Source of the DNA: an uncultured Chloroflexia bacterium
GTDB lineage: Bacteria > Chloroflexota > Limnocylindria > Limnocylindrales > CSP1-4
DNA: 64,000 nucleotides
Direction of reading: 5' to 3'
Assembly (NCBI GenBank): GCA_963727585.1
Contig: CAVSHH010000008.1
Location: forward strand, 6,134 to 70,133
Shown: positions 48,458 to 57,766 of the stretch, in pieces
Layout of the letters: each line of letters starts with the position of its first letter
Numbering within the stretch: the first letter of the stretch is position 1
Made by a program: the position numbers and the translations under genes
Notes under the pieces: model-generated
Database searches by the model: none
What the model was told of the DNA's origin: nothing
What the model saw: only the letters and a program-made list of their open reading frames with translations

Positions 48458-49921
48458 CTACCTACTCTCGTCAATTGCTGCGAGCACCTGCTGCACATCG
48501 AGGGTCCCGCTGAAGCGGGCAACCTCCGTTCCGCCCCTGGACACGACGACCGACGGGCCGACATCGAGCCCCAGGGCGCGGCCTCTGTCGGTCTCGTCGC
48601 TGACGGCCTGGTCCGTCGCCGGGTCGGCCATGCAGGTGTCGAGCGCGCGGATGTCGAGCCCGAGCTGGGCGCCGAACCGGAGCAGGTTGGTCGGGGTGTA
48701 GATCTCCGCGCCGGGGCCCTGGGCGGAGGCCGACAGGATGTCGCTCACCAGGAACGTGGGACCGCCCTGCGAGCCGACGCAGCGCAGCATGCCTGCCGCG
48801 ACGACCGACTCGTCACCCAGCAGCGCCAGATCATGGAGCACGACCCGGACCCGGCCGTCGCTCACGCGCGTCCGCAGCTCCGGTCCCAGGTCGTTGGCCA
48901 CCGCGGTGCCGTCAGCGGCCTGGTAGTCGAGCCACAGGTCGACCGTGACCGGCGCCGAGGCGTCACCCGCCACGCGGCCCTCAATGGGGAGGCCGGCCCA
49001 CGGATCCCTGACCGGAGCCTGGGTGGGCAACGGCACCGGCGTCGCCCCCGCCAGCGCGCGGTCGATTGCCGCCTCCATCTCGCCTGGCTTGGGAACGCCC
49101 AGGAGACGGGTGCCGTTGATGTCCACCGTGGGCGTCGATTCGACCGCCGTGCGGATGGCGGTCGAGGTGTCGTCGAGGACGTCCACCAGCAACGACCGGT
49201 CGTCGAGGCAGGCCTCCATCGTGGCGGCGTCGATCCCGACCGACTGCCCGATGGACACCAGCCGGTCACGCGAGAACGCCCCCTGGTTCTCGCCGTCCTG
49301 GGCCGCGTACACGGCGTCGTGCATCGGCCAGTAGGCGCCCTCTCGTCCGGCGCAGCGGACCGCGACGGCGGCGTCGAACGACTCGGGTCCGATGAATGCG
49401 AAGTCCCGGTGGACCACGGCGACGGTGCCGTCGGCGATGCGCGGGAACAGGTCTGGGAGCCGCTCCTGGGCGAACTTCGCACAGAACGGGCACTGGTAGT
49501 CGGCCCAGTACTCGACGACGACCTGGGCCTGCGCGCTGCCCAGCCGGTTGCCGTCGTGCGGCAGTCCCGCGATCGGATCCTGGGACACGGCGGGCGTGGG
49601 GACCGGTGCGGATGGGTCGACGGTCGAGCCCGGCGTCGGCGTCACCCCGATCGCCGCCCCGGGGGTGTCGCCGCTGGTGCCCCGCCCGACCAGGAAGGCC
49701 CCGCCGGCGACCATCGCGACGACCAGCAGCACCGTGCCGGCCAGGGCGATCCGGTTCTGCGTTCGTACCTGCGGTGGCGCGGCTGGGACCGGGCCCACGG
49801 CCGGCGGAAGCGGATCGGGCGCGCCGGGGACGGATCCGTCGGCAGCCTCGTCTCCGCCGGCGGCCTGGTCTCCGTCGGTGGCCTCGTCCGGGCGATGGTG
49901 GTCGTCGTTCACGGTCGCCAT
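48458..49921 (-). CDS. Membrane-anchored protein with two DsbA/thioredoxin domains
   Basis: DYQCPFC, STPT cis-Pro loop; second domain DYQAADG lacks CxxC. Confidence 0.88.
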   Translation of the reverse strand: MATVNDDHHRPDEATDGDQAAGGDEAADGSVPGAPDPLPPAVGPVPAAPPQVRTQNRIALAGTVLLVVAMVAGGAFLVGRGTSGDTPGAAIGVTPTPGSTVDPSAPVPTPAVSQDPIAGLPHDGNRLGSAQAQVVVEYWADYQCPFCAKFAQERLPDLFPRIADGTVAVVHRDFAFIGPESFDAAVAVRCAGREGAYWPMHDAVYAAQDGENQGAFSRDRLVSIGQSVGIDAATMEACLDDRSLLVDVLDDTSTAIRTAVESTPTVDINGTRLLGVPKPGEMEAAIDRALAGATPVPLPTQAPVRDPWAGLPIEGRVAGDASAPVTVDLWLDYQAADGTAVANDLGPELRTRVSDGRVRVVLHDLALLGDESVVAAGMLRCVGSQGGPTFLVSDILSASAQGPGAEIYTPTNLLRFGAQLGLDIRALDTCMADPATDQAVSDETDRGRALGLDVGPSVVVSRGGTEVARFSGTLDVQQVLAAIDESR

Positions 49922-50045
49922 GGTGCGGCATCTGCGCGGACCCCGCAAAGGGGCGGGGCCCGGCGGCGACGAACGGGTCGCCGTGCGACTGCAACCGGCA
50001 GCCGGGGCGCTCGACCGGTGACAGGCGCCGGGCCATACTCCACGC

Positions 50046-51725
50046 GTGACCGCCCCCGACGACATCGGCTCCAGCCCCCGGCTCGACGACGCCCGGCTCG
50101 AGCGCGTGGCCGGGCAACGCGAGAGCCTGCAGGCGGTCGCTGCCGCGCTCGCCGCATCCAACGATCCGCGAGCGGTGGCGGCGCGGATCCTCGAGGCCGC
50201 CCGTTCCGTGCTCGATGCGCCCGAGGGCTGGGTGGTCGCCCTGACGGACGACGGTGATGCCGTCGAGCTGCTGTCGTCAGCCGGCTATGATCCGGACAGC
50301 CTGGAGCCATGGACCCGTGTCCTGCTCAGTGCGCCGGTCCCGATGGCGGCGGTCGTGCGCACGGGAACCGCGCTGATTCACCGCTCGGCGGCGGACCGCC
50401 GCGCCGAGTTCCCCGCCCTCGTGGCGGCCGGACCCGGGCTCACGCCGACCGAGGGATCGGCGGTGCTGCCGCTGGGGCTCGAGGGCCGCACCATCGGAGC
50501 CCTGGCGATCGCGTTCCACGAGCCGCGTGAGCTGAGCAACGACGAGCGCTGGTTCCTAGAGGCACTCGCGGCACAGGGGTCGCAGGCGCTTGACCGGGCC
50601 CGCCTGTTCGCCCAGGTCCAGGAGCGCGATGCCCGGCTCCGGTTCACGCTCGAGGCATCGGGCACCGGCACCTGGGAGTGGGACATCGTCCGCGACCGCC
50701 TGGAATGGTCCCTGGAGATGCTGCGCATTCACGGGGCCCTCGACGGGCCGCCGCCCGGCGTCGGCGAATGGCTGGACATGGTCGACGATCGCGATCGGCG
50801 ACGGGTCCGGGAGGCCATCCGGGTTGCGCTGCGAACGGGTGAGACCAGCGCGGTGGAGTTCCGGGTCGTGACCCCGGCCGGCGGGCTGCGCTGGGTCCAC
50901 GCTGCGGGCCGGATGCTGCGGGGCGCGGATGGACACCCGGCGCGGGTGCTGGGCACCGGCCGCGACATCACGGACCAGAAGCTGGCCGAGGCGGAGCGCG
51001 ACCGGATGCTCGAGACGGAGCGCGAGACGGCCCGGTTCCGGGAGGCGTTCATCGGGGTCGTCTCCCACGAGCTGCGGACGCCGATCACGACCATCTTCGG
51101 CGGCGCACGCGTCCTGGCACGACGGTGGCGCGAGCTGGAGCCGGCCGCCCGGGACGACATCCTGCGCGACATCGTGGACGATTCCGACCGGCTCTACCGG
51201 ATGGTCGAGGACCTTCTGGTGCTGTCCCGGGCGGAACGGGGCATGCTCCAGGTCGATGACGAGCCGATCCACCTGGGCAGGATCGTCGAGCGCGTGGTCG
51301 CGTCTGAGGCGCCGCGCTGGCCCGAGGTGGCCTTCGAGGTCCATGTCCCGGGGGACCTGCCCTCGGCGGCGGGCGAGGACACCTACATCGAGCAGGTGCT
51401 GCGGAACCTGCTGGGCAACGCCGCGAAGTACGGCGGAACGGGGTCCCTGGTCCGGGTCGAGGTCTCCGCCGCCGAGCAGGACCTGATCCTGTCAGTGCTC
51501 GACGAGGGTCCTGGCATCAACCCCGAGGAGGCCGAGCAGCTGTTCGAGCTGTTCTACCGCTCCCCGACCGTCGCGCCCCTCGTCACCGGCGCCGGCATCG
51601 GCCTGTTCGTGTGCCGCCAGCTGGTGCAGGCAATGGGCGGTGCGATCACCGCCGGCCCCCGCCCGGGGGGCGGGGCGGCGTTCACGCTGACCCTGCCGCG
51701 CTTCCAGGACGACGAGCCCGGCTGA
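50046..51725 (+). CDS. Sensor histidine kinase (GAF-PAS-HisKA-HATPase)
   Basis: SHELRTPIT, NLLGNAAKY, DEGPGI, GAGIGL; PAS GTWEWD. Confidence 0.93.
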   Translation: MTAPDDIGSSPRLDDARLERVAGQRESLQAVAAALAASNDPRAVAARILEAARSVLDAPEGWVVALTDDGDAVELLSSAGYDPDSLEPWTRVLLSAPVPMAAVVRTGTALIHRSAADRRAEFPALVAAGPGLTPTEGSAVLPLGLEGRTIGALAIAFHEPRELSNDERWFLEALAAQGSQALDRARLFAQVQERDARLRFTLEASGTGTWEWDIVRDRLEWSLEMLRIHGALDGPPPGVGEWLDMVDDRDRRRVREAIRVALRTGETSAVEFRVVTPAGGLRWVHAAGRMLRGADGHPARVLGTGRDITDQKLAEAERDRMLETERETARFREAFIGVVSHELRTPITTIFGGARVLARRWRELEPAARDDILRDIVDDSDRLYRMVEDLLVLSRAERGMLQVDDEPIHLGRIVERVVASEAPRWPEVAFEVHVPGDLPSAAGEDTYIEQVLRNLLGNAAKYGGTGSLVRVEVSAAEQDLILSVLDEGPGINPEEAEQLFELFYRSPTVAPLVTGAGIGLFVCRQLVQAMGGAITAGPRPGGGAAFTLTLPRFQDDEPG

Positions 51726-51742
51726 TCCTGGTCGCTGACCGC

Positions 51743-52081
51743 TCAGCCGGCCAGCGGCTGCAGCAGGACCAGGACGTTCGACCATGCCCCGACGACCCCG
51801 GCCGCGACGGCGAGCGTGGCGACCACGGCCGCGACCAGCGGGTACCGTCGGTCGCCGATCAGCGCGACCAGGGTGACCACGGCCACCAGCCCCACCTTCG
51901 CCAGCAGGAGCGGCACGAGCAGGCCGGCGCTCGCCATGGCGGCGACGAGCGGGTTGGCCTCGGCCGCCGGCCCGACATCGTGGAGCATCCGCAGGAAGGT
52001 CACGGCGTCGGCGGCCTGGGCCACCCCGACGCCCAGCAGCACGGCAGCAGCGGCATGGGGGAGTCGGCGCGACACGAGCAT
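51743..52081 (-). CDS. Small membrane protein (DUF5658-like)
   Basis: AD..T...EANPLV...AK...SN pattern, 3 TM. Confidence 0.7.
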   Translation of the reverse strand: MLVSRRLPHAAAAVLLGVGVAQAADAVTFLRMLHDVGPAAEANPLVAAMASAGLLVPLLLAKVGLVAVVTLVALIGDRRYPLVAAVVATLAVAAGVVGAWSNVLVLLQPLAG

Positions 52082-52250
52082 GACCCGATGGTCTCGTCTC
52101 GGGCGTGACAGGCGCGCCGTACGAAGCGGGCTGTCGGGTGCCGCCGGCCAAGCGCCTGCCCATCGCCCGCGGGCCCGCAGATCCTCCGTTCCGACTGCTC
52201 CGGTACCATCGGGTCGTCCACCCCCCTGCCCAAGATGGACGGTGATGCCC

Positions 52251-53402
52251 ATGAAGGTCGGCGTCGCCAGGGAGACCGCGGCTGGAGAGCGCCGTGTCGC
52301 CCTGGTGCCCGAAGCGCTCGGCAAGCTGACAGCCGCCGGGCTCGAGATCCTCGTCGAGGCCGGCGCAGGTGCCGGAGCCATGATCCCGGACCAGGCGTTC
52401 GTCGACGCCGGCGCCACGATCGTGAGCACCGCGGACCTGTACGCCGCAGCCGACGTCGTCCTGCGCGTGCAGAAGCCGTCAGCCGAGGAGGCGCTGCGGC
52501 TCCGCTCGGGTCAGGCCGTCATCGGCCTGCTGCAGCCCCTGCTCGACCCCTCGCTGATGCAGACCCTGGCCTCGGCCGGCGTGACCGCGATCAGCCTCGA
52601 TGCCATCCCGCGGACCCTATCCCGCGCCCAGACGATGGACGCCCTGTCGAGCCAGGCCAACACCGGCGGCTACAAGGCTGTCCTGATCGCGGCCAACACC
52701 TATGGGCGCTACTTCCCGCTGCTGACGACCGCCGCCGGGACCGCGAAGCCAGCCAACGTGCTCATCCTGGGCATCGGCGTCGCCGGCCTCCAGGCCATCG
52801 GCACCGCGCGCCGGCTGGGGGCCGTGGTGTGGGCCTACGACGTCCGGCCCGAGACCGCCGAGCAGGCCGAGAGCCTGGGGGCGAAGTTCGTCAAGCTCAA
52901 GACCGCGATCGACGCCACCGGCTCGGGCGGCTACGCCCGCGAGCTGACACCCGAGGAGCGAGCCGCGCAGCAGGCCGAGCTCAACGAGATCATCGCCGGC
53001 CAGGACGTGGTCATCACCACGGCGCAGGTGCCGGGGCGCAAGCCGCCGGTCCTGGTGACCGCCGATGCCGTGCTCACGATGCGACCGGGCTCGGTGATCG
53101 TCGACATGGCGGCCAGCGCGCTGGGCGGCAACTGCGAGCTGAGCCGGATGGGCGAGGAGGTGGTGACCGACAACGGGGTGACCATCGTGGCTCCCGAGAA
53201 CCTGCCGGCCTCGATGCCGCTGTCGGCGAGCCAGTTCTACGCCCGCAACATCTCCTCCCTGCTCCTGAACATGGTCAAGGACGGTGCCCTCAACCTCGAC
53301 CTGGAGGAGGAGGTCACCAAGGCCACCGTCATCGCCAGCGGCGGGGCGGTCGTGTCCGAGGCGGTCCAGAAGCTGCTGGCCCCGGCCGGAGGCAAGGCAT
53401 GA
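52251..53402 (+). CDS. pntAa: NAD(P) transhydrogenase subunit alpha, domain I
   Basis: ETAAGERRVALVP, RAQTMDALSSQ, GIGVAGLQA, GSGGYARE. Confidence 0.95.
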   Translation: MKVGVARETAAGERRVALVPEALGKLTAAGLEILVEAGAGAGAMIPDQAFVDAGATIVSTADLYAAADVVLRVQKPSAEEALRLRSGQAVIGLLQPLLDPSLMQTLASAGVTAISLDAIPRTLSRAQTMDALSSQANTGGYKAVLIAANTYGRYFPLLTTAAGTAKPANVLILGIGVAGLQAIGTARRLGAVVWAYDVRPETAEQAESLGAKFVKLKTAIDATGSGGYARELTPEERAAQQAELNEIIAGQDVVITTAQVPGRKPPVLVTADAVLTMRPGSVIVDMAASALGGNCELSRMGEEVVTDNGVTIVAPENLPASMPLSASQFYARNISSLLLNMVKDGALNLDLEEEVTKATVIASGGAVVSEAVQKLLAPAGGKA

Positions 53403-53722
53403 ACGGCGACCAGCTGACCATCGACCTCGCGTTCACGATCTTCGTGCTCGCGATCCTGTGCGGCTTCGCCGTGATCTCCAAGGTCCCGGCGACGCTCCAC
53501 ACCCCGCTCATGTCAGGCGCCAACTCGATCCACGGCATCGTGCTCGTGGGCGCCATGATCATCGCCGTCTCGGCGGACAACCCGCTTGCGTACCTGCTGT
53601 CGTTCGTCGCCGTCGCCTTCGCCACCCTCAATGTCGTCGGCGGCTACGTGGTCACGGATCGGATGCTCCAGATGTTCCGGCGCAAGCCGGCGGCACCCAA
53701 GGCCGACAAGGCTGAGGGCTGA
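53399..53722 (+). CDS. pntAb: NAD(P) transhydrogenase subunit alpha, membrane part
   Basis: KVPATLHTPLMSGANSIHG, NVVGGYVVTDRMLQMF. Confidence 0.95.
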   Translation: MNGDQLTIDLAFTIFVLAILCGFAVISKVPATLHTPLMSGANSIHGIVLVGAMIIAVSADNPLAYLLSFVAVAFATLNVVGGYVVTDRMLQMFRRKPAAPKADKAEG

Positions 53723-53724
53723 CC

Positions 53725-55152
53725 GTGACGCTCGATCCCCAGGTCATCGATCCGATCGTCCGGCTCATCTGGCTGGGCAGCGCGGTGTGCTTCGTGCTCG
53801 GGCTGATACAGATGAACTCGCCGGCGACCGCCCGCAGCGGCAACCTGCTGTCGGCCGGGGGGATGGCCGTCGCCATCGTCTCGACCGCCGTCTGGCTGCT
53901 CATCCTGCCCCCGGGCGGCTCGGTCAACCCGATCGGCTGGCTGGTCATCATCGCCGGCGTGATCGTCGGCGGCGGCTATGGCCTGTACTCCGCCCGCACC
54001 GTGAAGATGACCGCGATGCCCCAGCTGGTGTCGTTGTTCAACGCGGTGGGCGGCGGCGCGGCGGCGCTCATCGCGATTGACGAGTACCTGCGCCACACTG
54101 GCGCGCCAGGGCTCCAGGACAATGTGGCGACCGTGCTGGACATCGTGATCGGCTCGGTCACGTTCACCGGCTCGCTGATCGCGTCCGGCAAGTTGATGGG
54201 ACTCCGGATCACGCCCTCGAGGCCGGTCAGGATCCCCGGCGGCCAGCTGGTGACCGCGGCGCTCGCGCTGATCGTGGTCGCCGGCGCGGCGTTCCTGTTC
54301 TTCGGCAACTACAGCGTGGCGGTCATGCTGGCGATCCTGGCGGCCGCGCTCGTGTTCGGCGTGACCATGACGCTGCCCATCGGCGGCGCGGACATGCCGG
54401 TCGTCATCTCCCTGCTCAACTCGTTCACGGGCACCGCAGTCGCGATGGCGGGCTTCGTGCTCAACAACCCGCTGCTGATCATTGCCGGCGCCCTGGTCGG
54501 TGCCTCGGGCGCGATCCTGACCAAGCTGATGGCCGACGCCATGAACCGGTCCGTGATCAACATCATGATCGGCGGCTTCGGCGGTGGCGAAGGATCGGTG
54601 GCGGCGACCGGCGAGTCCGGCGGCTCGGTTCGCGAGGTGTCGATGGACGATGCCGCGATCCAGCTGGCCTACGCCTCTTCGGTCATCGTTGTCCCGGGCT
54701 ACGGCCTGGCCGTGGCCCAGGCCCAGCACGCCGTCCGCGAGCTGGCCGAGCTGCTCGAGGATCGCGGCGTGGACGTGAAGTACGCGATCCATCCCGTTGC
54801 CGGCCGGATGCCGGGGCACATGAACGTGCTCCTTGCCGAGGCAAACGTCCCCTATCCCCTGCTCAAGGAGATGGAGGACATCAATCCCGAGTTCGACCGC
54901 TGCGATGTCGCCCTGGTCATCGGTGCCAACGATGTCACCAACCCCGCGGCGCGCCGCCCGGGTTCGCCAGTCTCGGGCATGCCGATCCTCGACGTGGACC
55001 ACGCCAAGAACATCATCGTGATGAAGCGCTCGATGGGACGCGGCTATGCCGGCATCGACAACGAGCTCTACACGAACCCCAAGACGGGCATGCTGTTCGC
55101 GGATGCGAAGGCCGGTCTCGCCGAGCTGATCAGCTCGGTTAAGGCGCTCTGA
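53725..55152 (+). CDS. pntB: NAD(P) transhydrogenase subunit beta
   Basis: MTAMPQLV, IGGADMPVVISLLNS, PGYGLAVAQAQ, HPVAGRMPGHMNVLLAEA. Confidence 0.96.
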   Translation: MTLDPQVIDPIVRLIWLGSAVCFVLGLIQMNSPATARSGNLLSAGGMAVAIVSTAVWLLILPPGGSVNPIGWLVIIAGVIVGGGYGLYSARTVKMTAMPQLVSLFNAVGGGAAALIAIDEYLRHTGAPGLQDNVATVLDIVIGSVTFTGSLIASGKLMGLRITPSRPVRIPGGQLVTAALALIVVAGAAFLFFGNYSVAVMLAILAAALVFGVTMTLPIGGADMPVVISLLNSFTGTAVAMAGFVLNNPLLIIAGALVGASGAILTKLMADAMNRSVINIMIGGFGGGEGSVAATGESGGSVREVSMDDAAIQLAYASSVIVVPGYGLAVAQAQHAVRELAELLEDRGVDVKYAIHPVAGRMPGHMNVLLAEANVPYPLLKEMEDINPEFDRCDVALVIGANDVTNPAARRPGSPVSGMPILDVDHAKNIIVMKRSMGRGYAGIDNELYTNPKTGMLFADAKAGLAELISSVKAL

Positions 55153-55325
55153 TCACCGGCGCAAGACGGGCCCCTCCGCAACCGGTCTGCACCGGCGGGA
55201 AACGTGCGGTCCGCCTTCGGGCGGTGACCGCTCGCGGGCCACGACCCGCCAGCGCGCCTCGGCCCCGGCGATCCGGCCGGGGCCGTTCAATTCCCGAGCG
55301 GTCCGGTGAACGGTACCCTTCGCTC

Positions 55326-55964
55326 ATGCCGCGGAAGCCTCGGACCGCGCCCGCCGTCGCCACCACCGTCGCCTGGCCGCGACCGGCCAAGATCGCGTTC
55401 ATCGGCTCGCACGGGATCCGCAAGACGACGGCGCTGCTGGCATTCGCCGCAGAGGTCCAGCGTGCCGGACGCTCGGTGGAGCTGGGCCGCGAGGTGGTCC
55501 GCGACAACCCGCTGGGCATCAATGAGGGCGCCACCGGCGAGGCCCAGCTATGGGTGCTGGTGTCCCAGGTCCGCCAGGAGCTCGAGCTCGCCCGCAAGGC
55601 CGACGTGCTGGTCACGGACCGCGGCGTGATGGACAACTACGCCTACTACCTCCGGGCCTGCGGCGGCACGGACGAGTTCGGTGTCGAACCGCTGGTCCGG
55701 CGCTGGTCACGGACCTATGACCTGGTGGTCCGACTGCTGCCCGACGTGGCCCTCCAGGCAGACGGGGTCCGCTCGACCAGCGATGCCTTCCGCGACGAGA
55801 TCGAGTCGATCCTGGGGAGAATCCTGCCGGACCTCGTGCCGGCCGACCGGATGGTGGTGCTGCGAGCCTCTGAGGCGACCAGCCGCTTCGACTGGTTCGC
55901 CATCGTGGAGCGCCTGGCAGCGAAGGTCGGCGCCACGGTGACCGCGCCCGACCTCTGGCGCTGA
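55326..55964 (+). CDS. P-loop NTPase/kinase (NadR/AAA_28-like)
   Basis: IAFIGSHGIRKTT, EVVR, VTDRGVMDNYAY, DGVR. Confidence 0.8.
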   Translation: MPRKPRTAPAVATTVAWPRPAKIAFIGSHGIRKTTALLAFAAEVQRAGRSVELGREVVRDNPLGINEGATGEAQLWVLVSQVRQELELARKADVLVTDRGVMDNYAYYLRACGGTDEFGVEPLVRRWSRTYDLVVRLLPDVALQADGVRSTSDAFRDEIESILGRILPDLVPADRMVVLRASEATSRFDWFAIVERLAAKVGATVTAPDLWR

Positions 55965-55967
55965 GGC

Positions 55968-56038
55968 GGACGCCCGGCGCTGACACGGATGCCCGGCGCT
56001 GACACGGCTGTTGTTCGCGCCGCAGAGGGCTGTTGTTC
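55968..56038 (+). repeat. 19-bp tandem duplication plus an 11-bp direct repeat in an intergenic spacer
   Basis: gga(c/t)gcccggcgctgacac x2 (55968-56005); ggctgttgttc at 56006 and 56028. Confidence 0.7.
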
Positions 56039-56073
56039 ACGGGGTGCGACCTGGTGCCTGTCATCATGGCGGC

Positions 56074-56667
56074 ATGGAGCCGCCCGTGTTCCTGATCGTC
56101 GGTCCGCCCGCCGTGGGCAAGAGCACCACCGCCCGCGCCCTGGCCGCGGCGTTCGACCGGAGCATCCACGTCCGCGTGGACGACCTGCGCCACCAGGTGG
56201 TCGGCGGCGTGGCCCTGCCTGCGCCCGAGTGGACCGAGGAGATCGCGCGCCAGGTGACCCTCGCGCGGGAGGCCGCGCTCCGGGTGGCCGACGTCTACGG
56301 CGGGGCGGGGTTCGTCGTGGTGATCGACGACTTCTGCGATCCGCTCGGGATGCGCGAGTACCGCCAACGCCTCGGCGGACCCGGTGTCCACGGGATCGTG
56401 CTCGCCCCGGCTGAGGCCGAGGCCCGCGCTCGCAGCGGCGGGAGGAGCAGCGGCGAGCCGGCACCGGACGTCGAGCGTGGCATCACCCACGGATACGCGA
56501 CGCTGTCGCGGCTGATCGACCGGCTGCCCGCCGACGGGTGGCTGGTGCTGGACACGACCCGGATGGACGTGCAGGCCGTCGTTCGCGCGGTCCTCGATGC
56601 GACCGGGGCGACCCCGGCCGCGGGTCATCCGTCGAACGCGGGCGGCTCCTCGTCGAACTCGCGATAG
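56074..56667 (+). CDS. P-loop kinase (AAA_33/shikimate-kinase-like)
   Basis: GPPAVGKSTTARALA, DDLR, VVIDD, LDTT. Confidence 0.85.
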   Translation: MEPPVFLIVGPPAVGKSTTARALAAAFDRSIHVRVDDLRHQVVGGVALPAPEWTEEIARQVTLAREAALRVADVYGGAGFVVVIDDFCDPLGMREYRQRLGGPGVHGIVLAPAEAEARARSGGRSSGEPAPDVERGITHGYATLSRLIDRLPADGWLVLDTTRMDVQAVVRAVLDATGATPAAGHPSNAGGSSSNSR

Positions 56668-57002
56668 TGGGCGGCGAGATGGTCGTACACCTCCCGTAGC
56701 TGGGAGGCCGGGACGTCCACGCCGCCGCGGGCGCCGTTGACGACGGTCATGGCGCTCACGACGCCCCGCCAGACGACCTTGAGGTCGCCGCCGACGAGCT
56801 CGTGATGGGGAAGCTTGTAGGCCCCCTTCTCGCGGGGCGGGTCGTGCTCCGGATCCGCGTCCGGGTCGTACCAGGCGTGGGCAGTCGCCACGGTGTCCCA
56901 GCCACGATCGATGAGCTGGTCCATCTTGTCGGTGCCGCTCCAATCCCAGTCGCGGTCCTTGGGGGCCGTGGGGCTGCGGTGGGTCGTGGGGTCGACGGTC
57001 AT
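56625..57002 (-). CDS. Small protein with YKLPHH...GARGGVD domain
   Basis: AWYD...AYKLPHH...VVWRGVVSAM...GARGGVDVP...VYDHLAAHYREFDEEPP; GGAGG RBS; overlaps the DoxX stop. Confidence 0.8.
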   Translation of the reverse strand: MTVDPTTHRSPTAPKDRDWDWSGTDKMDQLIDRGWDTVATAHAWYDPDADPEHDPPREKGAYKLPHHELVGGDLKVVWRGVVSAMTVVNGARGGVDVPASQLREVYDHLAAHYREFDEEPPAFDG

Positions 57003-57553
57003 CGGGTGCCTCCTTGCGTCTCCGGTGCGCTGGAACCGTCCGCCAGGCGGGCAGCCACCTGGTCCGCCTCGTCGCGCAGGTCGCCGCCGGCGCCGATCCA
57101 CAGGCCGGCCGCCGCCGTCGCGAGGATCACCAGGCCACCGGTGCGGGACATGCCTGTCCCGAACACGCCGTCCAGGGACAGCCGGCCCGGACCCGCGATG
57201 GCGATCGCGGCCAGCACGGTCGCGTTGGTGAGCGGCAGCTCGCCACCACCCTGGGTCGACCAGATGGGCCGTCCACGGTGGACTTTCGCCCAGGCCATCG
57301 CCATGGCACCGAGACCGGCGATCGGGCCGAGCGGGTTGAGGAACCCGGCGGCCGTGAGCACGCCCCCGGCGACCTCGGAGCCGCCGGCGGCCACCGCCCA
57401 CCGATGCCCGGGGCGCAGCCGCAGCTGCTCCAGCCAGTCGGCGGTCCGGTCGAGGCCGGGGCCGCCGAACCAGCCGAACAGCTTCTGACTGCCGTGTCCT
57501 GCAAGGAGCAGGCCGACAACCACGCGGACGAGCAGGATGGCGAACGCACGCAT
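56999..57553 (-). CDS. DoxX family membrane protein
   Basis: RVVVG...HGSQKLFGWFGGPGL, E..GG, GGELP, GPGRLSLD. Confidence 0.92.
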   Translation of the reverse strand: MRAFAILLVRVVVGLLLAGHGSQKLFGWFGGPGLDRTADWLEQLRLRPGHRWAVAAGGSEVAGGVLTAAGFLNPLGPIAGLGAMAMAWAKVHRGRPIWSTQGGGELPLTNATVLAAIAIAGPGRLSLDGVFGTGMSRTGGLVILATAAAGLWIGAGGDLRDEADQVAARLADGSSAPETQGGTR

Positions 57554-57559
57554 CGGAAG

Positions 57560-57580
57560 TCTCGACTTGATCTCGACTTG
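57560..57580. promoter_or_regulatory. 10-bp direct repeat at 11-bp spacing just upstream of doxX
   Basis: TCTCGACTTG at 57560-57569 and 57571-57580. Confidence 0.5.
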
Positions 57581-57766
57581 GCGAGCCGTCGGCTGGTGCC
57601 AACGGCGCCCCCCAACGGCTCGTCCCCATGGTGATCCCCGTCGGCACTCCCCCGCCTGCGCTGTGACCGCCTGCGCGTTGCGGGACGCTTGCGGACCCCG
57701 CTCCGCCGCCCGCTGGCCCGGCCCCGGCGCGGTATGGTGGGCCGGCCACCAGTAGCCGAGCATCCC

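Noticed and set aside
55205-55285. Hairpins (cUUCGg loop; CGGCCCCGGC/GCCGGGGCCG) as an ncRNA
   Set aside because: Most simply terminator or stability hairpins after pntB.
55968-56038. CRISPR array
   Set aside because: Only two adjacent repeat copies, no unique spacers and no cas genes.
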